A DNA stretch of 63,979 bases, the filler included, from an uncultured bacterium (GTDB taxonomy: Bacteria; Latescibacterota; UBA2968): NCBI GenBank assembly GCA_964471275.1. It is 3 parts of 3 records of this genome, joined end to end, with 100 filler letters (N's around TTAATTAATTAA, not from the genome) between each part and the next. Parts side by side here need not be neighbours in the genome. Positions count along the whole stretch, not along the records: positions 1 to 27,873 come from CAYYGZ010000029.1; 2 more parts are not named here. One strand, written 5' to 3'. The translations under genes were made by a program, and so were the position numbers. This document shows, piece by piece, positions 1 to 9,677 of the stretch (its first letter is position 1; each line of letters opens with the position of its first letter). The notes under the pieces were generated by a model, which made no database searches, had not been told where the DNA came from, and was given only the letters and a program-made list of their open reading frames with translations.

Positions 1-258
1 ATACCGTCCGTAATGGTTTGCTAGAGAGACGATGTTGGTGGTCAAAACGATCTCGTCGTTTGCCACATCGTTGTGCATCCGCGAAGAGGTTAGTGTGCCA
101 ACTCGTTGGTTGGCAGCTGATCCGATCGGCTCCACAGACGACCCGTCAACCAACGGTGTAACCGGTGACACCGGGGCCCAAAGAAAGGAGGTTTATATCG
201 CAATGATCTTTGGAGGGACTGCCGCCTGACAATCGGGGCGTCATCCCACTAAGGCAAG

Positions 259-293
259 GGCGGGTGATCCCTCGTGGATCACCCGCCTTCTTT
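259..293 (+). terminator. Intrinsic terminator-like hairpin, possibly bidirectional
   Basis: 12-bp perfect stem GGCGGGTGATCC-CTCGT-GGATCACCCGCC followed by TTCTTT; also lies just past the stop of the minus-strand TMEM14 gene. Confidence 0.7.
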
Positions 294-336
294 CCTTAGA
301 GACAGTGAGATGTTGAGGCGCGTTTTGCTGACGCAT

Positions 337-693
337 TCACTTCTTGACTGCCTCACCGATCCCCGCAGCCAGATCCTGCTGGATGAGCATCAGCACGACT
401 CCCACTGCCAGGCTAACAATCAGTACCACTCCGGCAGGCATGATTTTGCGCGTTTTGGCAAATCGATTGATAAAGACGCCGGCCAACAAAAAGGCGACCA
501 GCGCCCCGATCGAGAATCCCTCGCTGGGCTGGTCGAAACTCAACCAGATCGCCCCGATGCACAGTCCGCCCGTGATCGCCCCTGCAAACAGCGAGATGCG
601 GCTTTGCGTCTTTACGAACCCCATCATCCCCCCGGCGATCAACAGCGCACCGTAGAGACCCATCACCACCTGCGCGAACCATAAGTTGCTCAC
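337..693 (-). CDS. TMEM14-family small membrane protein
   Basis: 118 aa with four hydrophobic segments; YGALLIAGGMMGFVKTQSRISLFAG and RFAKTRKIMPAG match the TMEM14 pattern. Confidence 0.8.
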   Translation of the reverse strand: MSNLWFAQVVMGLYGALLIAGGMMGFVKTQSRISLFAGAITGGLCIGAIWLSFDQPSEGFSIGALVAFLLAGVFINRFAKTRKIMPAGVVLIVSLAVGVVLMLIQQDLAAGIGEAVKK

Positions 694-1056
694 CTACACC
701 TCCTGTTTTTCTTCGCCAAGCAGATCGAACACTGCGAAGGCCAGTTTCTTCTTCTGATATTCGGCATAGTGGATGGCGGCATTCACCGCATTAAACGTCC
801 CCACGATGACCCAAAGCACCACGTTGTAGTCCTTCAGAGTCATCGTCACCACCGCAACGGCGGTCAACAGGACGAGCCCATAGAGCACGGCGAATATCAC
901 CATCCGGCGATTGTTGACGGCCATCCGGCGTTCGGTCATCCGAAGATATTCCGAGTCAACATAGGCCACCGACCTTCTTGGATCGATGAAGCTGGCCGGC
1001 CCACCCAGCCCCTCCATCAAGGCGTTCTTGATCGCACGCTCTCGTTCATTCAGCAT
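694..1056 (-). CDS. Hypothetical two-TM membrane protein
   Basis: ATG at 1056 preceded by AAGGAG; two hydrophobic helices; abuts the TMEM14 gene. Confidence 0.65.
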   Translation of the reverse strand: MLNERERAIKNALMEGLGGPASFIDPRRSVAYVDSEYLRMTERRMAVNNRRMVIFAVLYGLVLLTAVAVVTMTLKDYNVVLWVIVGTFNAVNAAIHYAEYQKKKLAFAVFDLLGEEKQEV

Positions 1057-1239
1057 TGGGACTCCTTGGACTGGTTGTAACTCCGAAATTCGCCGCACTG
1101 CTACCGTGTGTCTGTAATCAAATTAGGCAAACGACTCAACCGGTCAATGGACGATACGTCTAAACTCCTTGAACTCCGACCCTAACCCCTTATATTCAGC
1201 GGGCTACTCACGTATCGAACCCAGCAACAGGAGGAAATT

Positions 1240-2118
1240 TTGAAACTCGCAACTTACGAACACAACGGTCAGATCCGTTTTGGCGCTCTCAAAGATGGGG
1301 GTCTGGTTGACCTGACCGACGCCTTCGGATCGGCAAGGGCCTTCCTGGAAGGCGGAGACGATGCGATCGAAAAGACGAAGGCTGCCGTCGACGCCGCCGG
1401 GTCCACGACCCCGGAGGCCGACGTCCGATTCCTCGCCCCCATCAGCCCGAACAAGCTGCTCTGCCTGGCCGGAAATTACCAGTCTCACGTAGAAGAGGGC
1501 GGCGGTCATTTTCCCGGTAAGGAGAAGACATGGCCCCGCGTGTTCATGAAGCCACCCAGCACGACGATCATCGGGGACGGTGACAGCATCAAGCTCCCAC
1601 CTAACGCACAGAAGATCGACTGGGAATGCGAGCTCGCCGTCGTCATCGGCAAGCACGCGCGCTTTGTGGACGCGGCCGACGGTCTGGACTACGTGGCCGG
1701 ATACACGGTCCTGATCGACGTTTCCGAGCGCAGCCTTAAAGTACCGGATGCTCGGGAAGACCGGGATGGCGACAAATGGTTCGACTGGCTGAACGGAAAG
1801 TGGTTCGACACGTTCGCTCCCTGTGGGCCGGTCATCGCGCTGAAGGACGAGATCCCTGACCCACACGCACTCGCCATCAAACTGCGGGTGAGCGGCGACA
1901 CGAAGCAGGACGGCAACACGGGCCAGATGACTTATTCAGTCGCTGAACTGGTTGCCTGGATATCCACGCTTGTGACATTGGAGCCAGGAGACATCATCGC
2001 GACCGGCACGCTGGCTGGCGTTGGCGCAACGACAGGAGACTTCCTGAAAGCCGGCGATGACGTCGAGGGTGAGATCGAAGGGATTGGTGTGCTGAGGAAT
2101 CCGGTGACGAACGAGTAG
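1240..2118 (+). CDS. Fumarylacetoacetate hydrolase family protein
   Basis: Motifs GNYxxH, FMKP, DWECELAVVIGK, GKWFDTFAPCGP, PGDIIATGT; SD GGAGG before TTG start. Confidence 0.92.
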   Translation: MKLATYEHNGQIRFGALKDGGLVDLTDAFGSARAFLEGGDDAIEKTKAAVDAAGSTTPEADVRFLAPISPNKLLCLAGNYQSHVEEGGGHFPGKEKTWPRVFMKPPSTTIIGDGDSIKLPPNAQKIDWECELAVVIGKHARFVDAADGLDYVAGYTVLIDVSERSLKVPDAREDRDGDKWFDWLNGKWFDTFAPCGPVIALKDEIPDPHALAIKLRVSGDTKQDGNTGQMTYSVAELVAWISTLVTLEPGDIIATGTLAGVGATTGDFLKAGDDVEGEIEGIGVLRNPVTNE

Positions 2119-2542
2119 AGGCTTACTAAAAAAAGCACGGAAGACACGAAAAGGGGGTCCGGTGGTTTCTGCCGGCCCTCTGTTCCTTTTGGGGACAATG
2201 CAGGCACACCGTATCGAGCCATTCGGTATGCGCGAGCGCCGAAAACAGGCGCCAGGACTAGCAAGGCTTCGCCTCAGACAAACGAGCGTGTCACCGTTCG
2301 CTCGGAGTGACGTTTTGTGGCCAAACAGATCCCCTGCCGCCTGAGCCTGTAGGGAGTATTCACGCCTTATCGAAGGGCGACCGATAAGTTGATTCGCATT
2401 GGCAGCAGCACCCTTCGATACAGCAAGCTACTTCAGTGTCTTCATCGAAACCGACTGCTGATCAGCCATATGACTTACTCAGGGAGATCGGTGACCGCAA
2501 CTAAGCCTGACTCGGGCTCGGTTACACCCGACCCCAGGCAAG

Positions 2543-3358
2543 CTAGTAGAATCCGATCGGAGGGACGGCTCTGATCAGGTTCAGTTCAGCGGCGTAGGAG
2601 AGGAATCTGAGAAGACCCTCCATCTCCTTGTCGCCGAAATCGAAATGGAGAGAGCCCGCCAGGTAGGCGGCGTAGAATTCCGGTGGAAAGGATCTGGCGG
2701 CGGCATAATCAGCTGCGATCGCGTCGACCTGCGCCAGCCCCAAGGCTCTCGCTGCCACCAGGAGATCTCGGGCATCCGCGTTGAGCGTCCCTGCTCTTCC
2801 AGTCCAGCACGCATAGACAAACGGAAGACCTGTCCATTCCGTCCACGCAGCGCCGAGGTCCAGGACCTCGTAGCGATCCCGATCCAGCTCGAGCGCCGGA
2901 TCACCGATCAACACGGCTGCATCTGCAGCCTCCAGCATCCAGTCAATATCGGGTGGATGATCGATCGCCTGTGGGGACACGCCAAACCGCTTCTCCAGCA
3001 GGATTCGCGTCAAAGCGACAGAGGATCTCGAACTCGTATCCAGAGCAACCGACGTGATGTCCCCCGGTGCTCGATCATTCAGCACCAGAAAGACGCTGTT
3101 CACGGGGCCAGCTGACCCGATTGCGACACCCCTGACAACCGAATAGGGCTCCGGTGCCCGTGCGATCTCGATGGCCGGGATGATCGCCACATCTGTCTCG
3201 CCGCCGTGAAGCTTGCGAGCACACTCGGACGGCACATCGTACACCAACTCGAACGGGTGCTCGAGCTCGCCCGTCTCAAAGGCGTGAACGAGCGGCTTTG
3301 TGTTGAGATATTGGACGACACCTAGACGGATAGACAGCTCAGAAGACTGAAAGGGCAT
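2543..3358 (-). CDS. mqnA: Chorismate dehydratase (futalosine menaquinone pathway)
   Basis: YLNTKPL, SSRSSVAL, IGDPAL, DLGAAWTEWTGLPFVYACW motifs; adjacent to mqnC and mqnE. Confidence 0.9.
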   Translation of the reverse strand: MPFQSSELSIRLGVVQYLNTKPLVHAFETGELEHPFELVYDVPSECARKLHGGETDVAIIPAIEIARAPEPYSVVRGVAIGSAGPVNSVFLVLNDRAPGDITSVALDTSSRSSVALTRILLEKRFGVSPQAIDHPPDIDWMLEAADAAVLIGDPALELDRDRYEVLDLGAAWTEWTGLPFVYACWTGRAGTLNADARDLLVAARALGLAQVDAIAADYAAARSFPPEFYAAYLAGSLHFDFGDKEMEGLLRFLSYAAELNLIRAVPPIGFY

Positions 3359-3361
3359 CGG

Positions 3362-4468
3362 CTAGTTCAGGATATCGTATCGGGTATTGCGACGGACGGC
3401 TCTGTATCCCGCATCGTGGATCAGACGTTTCATTTCAGTGAGTGTCACCTCGCCGGTGTGGCTGGTTCCGGCTGCGCTGACCACATTCTCCTCCATCATC
3501 GTACTGCCAAAGTCGTTTACACCGTATCGAAGCCCGATCTGCGCGATCTTCGGCCCCTGCGTCACCCAGGACGCCTGGAAGCTCGGAATGTTGTCGAGAT
3601 ACAGTCGTGAGACTGCGATGGTCCGCAGATAGTCGTACCCTGTTGCTTTCTTCCCGCCCCATCGCTCGCTGTCAGCGGCCAGATCGGTGGAGTCGGGCTG
3701 AAAATTCCATGCGATGAAGGCTGTGAATCCGCCCGTCTCGTCCTGCAGGTTCCGGATATGCTCGAGATGCTGCAACCGATGTTCAGTCAACTCCACGTGG
3801 CCATACATCATCGTCGCCGACGTCCGCATCCCGATCCGGTGCGCGATCCGGTGGGCCTCCAGCCACTCGTGCGTGCGATCCTTCCGGAACCCGATCACAT
3901 CGCGGACCTCATCCGACAGGATTTCCGCCCCTGCTCCGGGAATCGAGTCCAGACCCGCCTCACGAAGACGACTGATACAATCTTCCAACGACAGTTTCGA
4001 GATGTGGGCGATATAGAGAATCTCCGTCGCAGATAGACAGTGCTGATGGACCTCGGGATATCTGTCACGGATACTCGAAAACAGATCCTCATAATAATCG
4101 ATCCGCAGCTTCGGATTCAGCCCGCCCTGCATCAGGATCTCGTTCGACTTCTCCTCTTTCCCGCCCACCTTCACCAACGCGTCGATCTTTTCGAATACCT
4201 GTTCTTTCGGGAGCGTCCAGCCTTCATCCGAACCCGGTTCGCGATAGAACGCACAGAAATCGCATTTCACCCAACAGACGTTCGTGTAGTTGATGTTGCG
4301 ACCGATGTTGTAGGTCACGCGATCGACAGGATGGAGACGCTCTCTTACCGAGTTCGCCAGCAGGCCGACTTCGGCAACGTTCGGGTGTTCCATCAGATGT
4401 CGGGCATCGGCCAACGAGATGCGTTCGCACGCGTGGATTTTTTGGGAGATGTCGGTGATTTGACTCAT
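3362..4468 (-). CDS. mqnC: Cyclic dehypoxanthine futalosine synthase (radical SAM)
   Basis: RNINYTNVCWVKCDFCAF (CxxxCxxC), QASWVTQG, NDFGSTMMEENVVSAAG; likely start ATG at 4468. Confidence 0.92.
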   Translation of the reverse strand: MSQITDISQKIHACERISLADARHLMEHPNVAEVGLLANSVRERLHPVDRVTYNIGRNINYTNVCWVKCDFCAFYREPGSDEGWTLPKEQVFEKIDALVKVGGKEEKSNEILMQGGLNPKLRIDYYEDLFSSIRDRYPEVHQHCLSATEILYIAHISKLSLEDCISRLREAGLDSIPGAGAEILSDEVRDVIGFRKDRTHEWLEAHRIAHRIGMRTSATMMYGHVELTEHRLQHLEHIRNLQDETGGFTAFIAWNFQPDSTDLAADSERWGGKKATGYDYLRTIAVSRLYLDNIPSFQASWVTQGPKIAQIGLRYGVNDFGSTMMEENVVSAAGTSHTGEVTLTEMKRLIHDAGYRAVRRNTRYDILN

Positions 4469-4536
4469 TGATTTCGTGTCGGTGGTGAGGAGAGGACGGT
4501 CGCCCCTGCCGGGGCTCAATGACGCTGAGCCAGACG

Positions 4537-5707
4537 CTAGGACGCCAACGGAATCTCACCGGGAACGCTGGCAGGTCCGGTGTTCGCGATTTCACGATCA
4601 GTAGACAGGATGTTGTAGACGTTGTCGCGTTCAACGGGATCGCGTCCGGCCTCGATGATCCGTTCGACCAGCTGAGTGCGTGTCAGAACCTGCCGCGTCT
4701 CTTCGTAGGTCTTGCGTGTGATCTCGTACTCCTGGATCGTCCCGTCCAAATCGTCGGCGCCGTACCAGAGCGCGACCTGTGACACGTCGATCGTGTTCAT
4801 AATCCAGAACGTCTTGATGTGCGGGAAGTTGTCGAGCATCAGGCGCCCAACGGCAATCTCGCGCAGATCCTGAACGCCCGTGGGTCCGGGGAGGTGATCG
4901 ATCTCAGTCCGATCCGGGTGGAACGCCAGCGGGATGTAGCACAGGAACCCGTTCGTTTCATCCTGGAGTTCCCGTAACGCGATCAAGTGCTCGACACGCT
5001 CCCGAGCATTCTCGATATGTCCGTAGAGCATCGTCGCATTGGAGCTCAGCCCGACCTGATGGGCTGTTCTCACGACATCCATCCACTGATCCGAGTCNNN
5101 NNNNNNNGTCTGACTTCGTCCAGAACATCTCGCTCTGTACGCGATCGCTGAAGACCTCGGCACCGCCGCCGGGGATGGATGAAACGCCGGCCTCCTTCAG
5201 CTCCAGCATCACATCGCGCATCGGTTTCTTGGCGACCCGTGCGATCTGAACCCACTCGATCGCCGTGAACGCTTTCACCGCCACGTCCGGCCGTATCTCC
5301 TTGACCGCCTGTACGATATCTAAATAGTACTGATACGGCAGCTTGGGATTGATCCCCGCGACCATATGGATCTCGCTGATCGGGATCTCCAGACGCTGGC
5401 GAACACGTGCCTTCACATCGTCGACCGACAGCACGTAGCCGCGTTCGTCCTTTGGCGCCACATAGAAGGAGCAGAACTTGCAGAGCTTGTTGCAAACGTT
5501 CGTGTAGTTGATGTGCTGGTTTCGAACATACCACGCCGCGTTCCCGCACATCCGCTCGCGTACAATGTTTGCCAGATAGCCGACCGCGTTCAGATCGGCG
5601 TCATACAGAGACAGCCCGTCCTCGAGCGAAAGGCGTTCGCCATCCTGAACTTTCCTCTCGATGCCCTTCAGACTATCCGGAATCATTCGCTGTCCCTGCG
5701 CCACCAT
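4537..5707 (-). CDS. mqnE: Aminofutalosine synthase (radical SAM), split only by a 10-N assembly gap at 5098-5107
   Basis: HINYTNVCNKLCKFCSF, SIPGGGAEVFS, SNATMLYGHIE, LMLDNFPHIKTFWIM, GADDLDGT; removing the 10 Ns restores the frame. Confidence 0.9.
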
Positions 5708-7449
5708 CAGGCGGTCGCCTTCTGCTTTGTCGTGGGGCCCTTCTTCGGAGGGGAAGCCGCGAGCATTTCTTTCGCGTGTTCAAGCGTCAGCGTCGAAATC
5801 TCCTCACCCCCAAGCAACTTGGCCAACTCCTCGACACGGGCATCGTCGTCCAGACGCGCCACGTAGGTCTCGGTCCTCGCCCCATCTGTTTCCTTCCGGA
5901 CGGAGAAATGCCGGTCCGCCATCTTCGCGATCTGAGGAAGATGCGTAATCGAAACGGTCTGACAGCCATCCGCAAGATGCTTGAGCCGTTTGCCGACGAC
6001 CTCGGCGATACGCCCGGAAATGCCGACATCGATCTCGTCGAATATGAGCACCTGGACCGAGTCTGTCTGCGCCAGGACCGTCTTCAGGGCCAGCATGATT
6101 CGCGAAATCTCGCCGCCTGAGGCGACGCGAACGAGCGGTCGGGCGGTTTCCCCGGGGTTCGTCGACAAGTAAAATTCGGCCGACTCGATTCCGTCTCTAT
6201 CCGCCGCATAGTGCTTGTCTCCAAGGGGAACGGGGCCCGCCGGATCCTCGGTGCGATCGAACACAATCTTGAACTGCACATCCGGCATCCCCAGCTCCGA
6301 CAGGGATAACTCCACCGACCCCGACAGCTTCTGCGACGCCGCTTCGCGACGCTTACTCAGCTCGATACACTGCCGAGCGAAGGTCCGCTCTTCCTCCGTG
6401 ACCTCCGATTCGAGGCGCGCCTGTTCGGCATCGTTCGATTCGGCGCTCTTCAACTCGAGCTCTGCCTCCTTCGCATAGGCAAGCACCGCATCCAGACTTC
6501 CGCCATACTTTGACTTCATTCGCCCAAGCAGCTCGAAGCGCTCGATCACCGCTGTCAATCTGTCCGGATTGTGCTCCACTTGCTGTGCATAGCCGGTAAA
6601 GTAGCGCGCCAGTTCCTCCACCTCGTATCCGATGGCCTCGAGCTCACTCGCTTTCTCTTCCAAAGCCGCGTCCGCCCGAGTCACGTCTCCCAACGTTCGC
6701 TGCGCGGCTCCGAGCCTGTCGGCAATCGAATCCTCCCCCTGATAGAGCAGCTGCTCGAGTTGGCTTGCCGCGTCGATCAGTCGTTCGGCATTTTCAAGCC
6801 TGGATCGCTCCAGCTCCAGCGCGTCATCTTCCCCCGGGGTAGGCGCGACGGAGGCAATCTCCTCGATCTGAAAGGTGAGCAACTCGCGTCGATCTGCCCG
6901 GTCGGCAGTCGCTCGTTCCAGTCTTGCCAGCTCCTCCCGAATCCGCGCCACGCTGTCGAATTGCTCGCGCACTTCCTCGACCCGATCGGTCAAATCGGCA
7001 TACCCGTCAAGAAAGGAAATGTGCCGAGACGAGTCGAGTAGCGACTGATGATCGTGTTGCCCGTGCAGGTCCACCAGCAGCTTCCCCATCCGCTGGAGTG
7101 ATTTGACGGGGATCGACAGACCGTTCGCAAAACAGCGGCTGCGTCCTTCACGGTTCACTTCACGTCGCAAGATCAGCTGACCTTCTTCGACATCGATCCC
7201 TTCCGCTTCGAGCGTGTTGAGCGAAGGATGTCGGTTGGGAAACTCGAACACGGCTTCCACCAGACAGCGGTCCTGCCCCGTTCGGATGACGTCCGCATTC
7301 ACCCGCCCGCCAAGCACCAGCCCCAGCGCACCGACCAGTATAGACTTGCCTGCCCCGGTCTCCCCCGTAATGATGTTGAGACCGCGATCGAAATCGATTT
7401 CCACCTCTTCGATCAGCGCGTAGTGAACGACGTGTAGACGACTGAGCAC
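5707..7449 (-). CDS. recN: DNA repair protein RecN
   Basis: Walker A ITGETGAGKS, HGQHDHQ, coiled coil, ASGGEISR, FDEIDVGISG, ITHLPQIA; GTG start at 7449 with SD AAGGA. Confidence 0.96.
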   Translation of the reverse strand: MLSRLHVVHYALIEEVEIDFDRGLNIITGETGAGKSILVGALGLVLGGRVNADVIRTGQDRCLVEAVFEFPNRHPSLNTLEAEGIDVEEGQLILRREVNREGRSRCFANGLSIPVKSLQRMGKLLVDLHGQHDHQSLLDSSRHISFLDGYADLTDRVEEVREQFDSVARIREELARLERATADRADRRELLTFQIEEIASVAPTPGEDDALELERSRLENAERLIDAASQLEQLLYQGEDSIADRLGAAQRTLGDVTRADAALEEKASELEAIGYEVEELARYFTGYAQQVEHNPDRLTAVIERFELLGRMKSKYGGSLDAVLAYAKEAELELKSAESNDAEQARLESEVTEEERTFARQCIELSKRREAASQKLSGSVELSLSELGMPDVQFKIVFDRTEDPAGPVPLGDKHYAADRDGIESAEFYLSTNPGETARPLVRVASGGEISRIMLALKTVLAQTDSVQVLIFDEIDVGISGRIAEVVGKRLKHLADGCQTVSITHLPQIAKMADRHFSVRKETDGARTETYVARLDDDARVEELAKLLGGEEISTLTLEHAKEMLAASPPKKGPTTKQKATA

Positions 7450-7451
7450 GG

Positions 7452-8321
7452 CTATTCGTCCTTGGGTGTACGGCTCGCAACGTTCCAGTCGAGCTTGCGG
7501 CACAGGAGTTCATAGAAGGAAAGGCCCTGCAGATCGATCAACCGAACACGTCGGTCGGACCGGCGGATGGTAACCCGATCGTCGGGTGTCATATTCTTAA
7601 CCGTCTGCCCGTCAGCCGTCAGAATGATATCGGCGTGTTCGGCAACGACCTCGACACAAATCTGCTGATCGGCAGGAACGACGAGTGGTCTCTGCGACAA
7701 TGAATGTGGACAGATCGGCGTGATGATCAGCGAATCCAGCGACGGATGGAGCACCGGCCCCCCGGCTGAAAGGCTGTAGCTGGTCGACCCTGTCGGCGTG
7801 GACACGATCAGACCGTTTCCCCAGAAAGAGCTGACAGGCACATCGCCTATCCACGTCTTCAGCTCGATCAGACGGGCAAGCACGCCCTTTTCGATCACGA
7901 TTTCGTTCAGCGAAAACGCGGACGTGTCCCCGACAATCGCTTCGATCGCCAGCCGATCGTCGACCCGATAGTCGCCCTCAATCAGCCTGTCGATTGCGTT
8001 CTCGAGTTCGCCCGGTGCGGAATCCGCGAGAAAACCGAGACGTCCGAGGTTGACCCCCAGGATCGGTGTCGAGGAGGCCTGAACCAGGCCCGCGGCATAG
8101 AGGATTGTGCCATCGCCTCCGAGAGCGATAACGATCTCGGAGTCACTGACGAGTTTCTCTTCCGAAACCAGCTCTCGAGATACCCCGTCTTCGAGGTCGC
8201 CGCACATCAGCACATCTGCTCCGTGACCTGAAACAAGGTCAACGAGCTGATCGACGACTTTGCCGATTCCCTTCTTGGTCGTGTTGACAACCACACCGAT
8301 TCGGTTGACTGGTCCTGTCAC
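7452..8321 (-). CDS. nadK: NAD kinase
   Basis: GGDGT, GVNLGRLGFL, NE and STPTGSTSYSLSAGGP motifs; conserved linkage to recN. Confidence 0.95.
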   Translation of the reverse strand: MTGPVNRIGVVVNTTKKGIGKVVDQLVDLVSGHGADVLMCGDLEDGVSRELVSEEKLVSDSEIVIALGGDGTILYAAGLVQASSTPILGVNLGRLGFLADSAPGELENAIDRLIEGDYRVDDRLAIEAIVGDTSAFSLNEIVIEKGVLARLIELKTWIGDVPVSSFWGNGLIVSTPTGSTSYSLSAGGPVLHPSLDSLIITPICPHSLSQRPLVVPADQQICVEVVAEHADIILTADGQTVKNMTPDDRVTIRRSDRRVRLIDLQGLSFYELLCRKLDWNVASRTPKDE

Positions 8322-8419
8322 GTTTTCTCACTTATATCTGGTTGAATCTGAACACGTTGCGCAATTTTACGCGGTGCAAAATACTCAGAAGGAAACACAC
8401 CGACAAGGGAATCCGCCCA

Positions 8420-8713
8420 TCAAAACGGCAGTCCCTCGCGATCGGTCTCCTCGTCGTCTGGATGGTCGTCCCCTCCCTCGCCATCCAGCTCCTCGAGCTG
8501 AAAATCACCGGCATTGTCCTTCACCAGGACCTCGACCTTCTGCTTCGCATCCTCGAGCCGAGCGCGACAGACATTCGAGGCCTTCAGTCCCTGCTCGAAC
8601 AACCTCAACGCATCGCTCAGGGGAAGGTTCCCGACCTCCAGTTGATCGACTGCTTCCTCGAGTGTCTTCAGGGAAGCTTCGAAGGATTGCTCTTCTTCAT
8701 TCTCTTCTGCCAT
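8420..8713 (-). CDS. xseB: Exodeoxyribonuclease VII small subunit
   Basis: SFEASLKTLEEAVDQLEVGNLPLSDALRLFEQG pattern; SD GGAGG. Confidence 0.93.
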   Translation of the reverse strand: MAEENEEEQSFEASLKTLEEAVDQLEVGNLPLSDALRLFEQGLKASNVCRARLEDAKQKVEVLVKDNAGDFQLEELDGEGGDDHPDDEETDREGLPF

Positions 8714-8734
8714 GTCTCCTCCACCCCTCCGGGG

Positions 8735-9661
8735 TCAGCTGGTTTTCACCTTGTAGAATTTGACAATGTTCCCAGCGCGGTCCGACACAAGCTCGACAAG
8801 TAACTGTTTCTCTGCATCGTTCATCGGCTCAAATGCCCGGGCAATCCTGATCTTCTCGTGCATCTGCTGCGCGTTATCCGGTCCCGTGACCAGAACGCTG
8901 ATCGGCTGCGACCAAGCGAACCTGAGTGCGTCCGGGATACTCACACGGTCGGGCACCATCAACGGATTCGGGCCGTGCTCAAACTGCCTGTCGCCGCCGA
9001 AGAATCCGCCATTCGACAACGTCTTCATCGCGATTACGCCCATCTGACGGCCTACCAGTACGGGCAGCACGTTCAGAATGAAGCTCTCGAACGAAGGATC
9101 TGCACAATTGACTGGCATCTGGGCCGTCTCGAAGATATCCGTTCGTTCCAGCATGCGCGTGTGTGCGTGGGGACTGCTGTGTCCCGTGAACCCGATATGC
9201 TTGACCTTCCCGTCCGCCTTCGCCCGCTCGAAGACGTCGAGAACACCGTTCTCGACCCGAGTATCCACATCTTCCGAATTCTTCAGGGAATGCATCTGCC
9301 AGAGATCGAGACAATCGGTCTTCAATCTGCGCAGGGACTCCTTGAGATGCGTCTCTGCCGTCGCTGCATCCTTCGCGGACGATTTGGTCATCAGAAACAC
9401 GAGATCTCGATACCTGGGTGTCAGAAACCTGCCGTATCGTTCTTCGCTTCTGCCATTCTGGTATGCCTGGGCGGTGTCGAAGAACCGCACGCCCCCATCC
9501 AGGGCGGCTTCGATAATCGCCTGGGCCTCTGACTCGGAATCTGCCCGCCCGACGTGTGCACCACCGGTTCCCAGCATTGTAACCTTGCACCCAGTCCCGC
9601 CGAGTGCTCTTTTGGGGAGCAGGACACCCAGTCGATCGCTCTCTGGCTCCTGAATGTCCAT
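8735..9661 (-). CDS. Aldo/keto reductase
   Basis: GVRFFDTAQAY, SLRRLKTDCLDLWQMH, GKVKHIGFTGH motifs; ATG at 9661 with SD GGAGG. Confidence 0.88.
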   Translation of the reverse strand: MDIQEPESDRLGVLLPKRALGGTGCKVTMLGTGGAHVGRADSESEAQAIIEAALDGGVRFFDTAQAYQNGRSEERYGRFLTPRYRDLVFLMTKSSAKDAATAETHLKESLRRLKTDCLDLWQMHSLKNSEDVDTRVENGVLDVFERAKADGKVKHIGFTGHSSPHAHTRMLERTDIFETAQMPVNCADPSFESFILNVLPVLVGRQMGVIAMKTLSNGGFFGGDRQFEHGPNPLMVPDRVSIPDALRFAWSQPISVLVTGPDNAQQMHEKIRIARAFEPMNDAEKQLLVELVSDRAGNIVKFYKVKTS

Positions 9662-9677
9662 TAGGAAAGTGCCTCCG

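Noticed and set aside
5098..5107. Apparent frameshift or split in mqnE
   Set aside because: It coincides with a 10-N placeholder; removing the Ns restores one reading frame, so it is an assembly artefact
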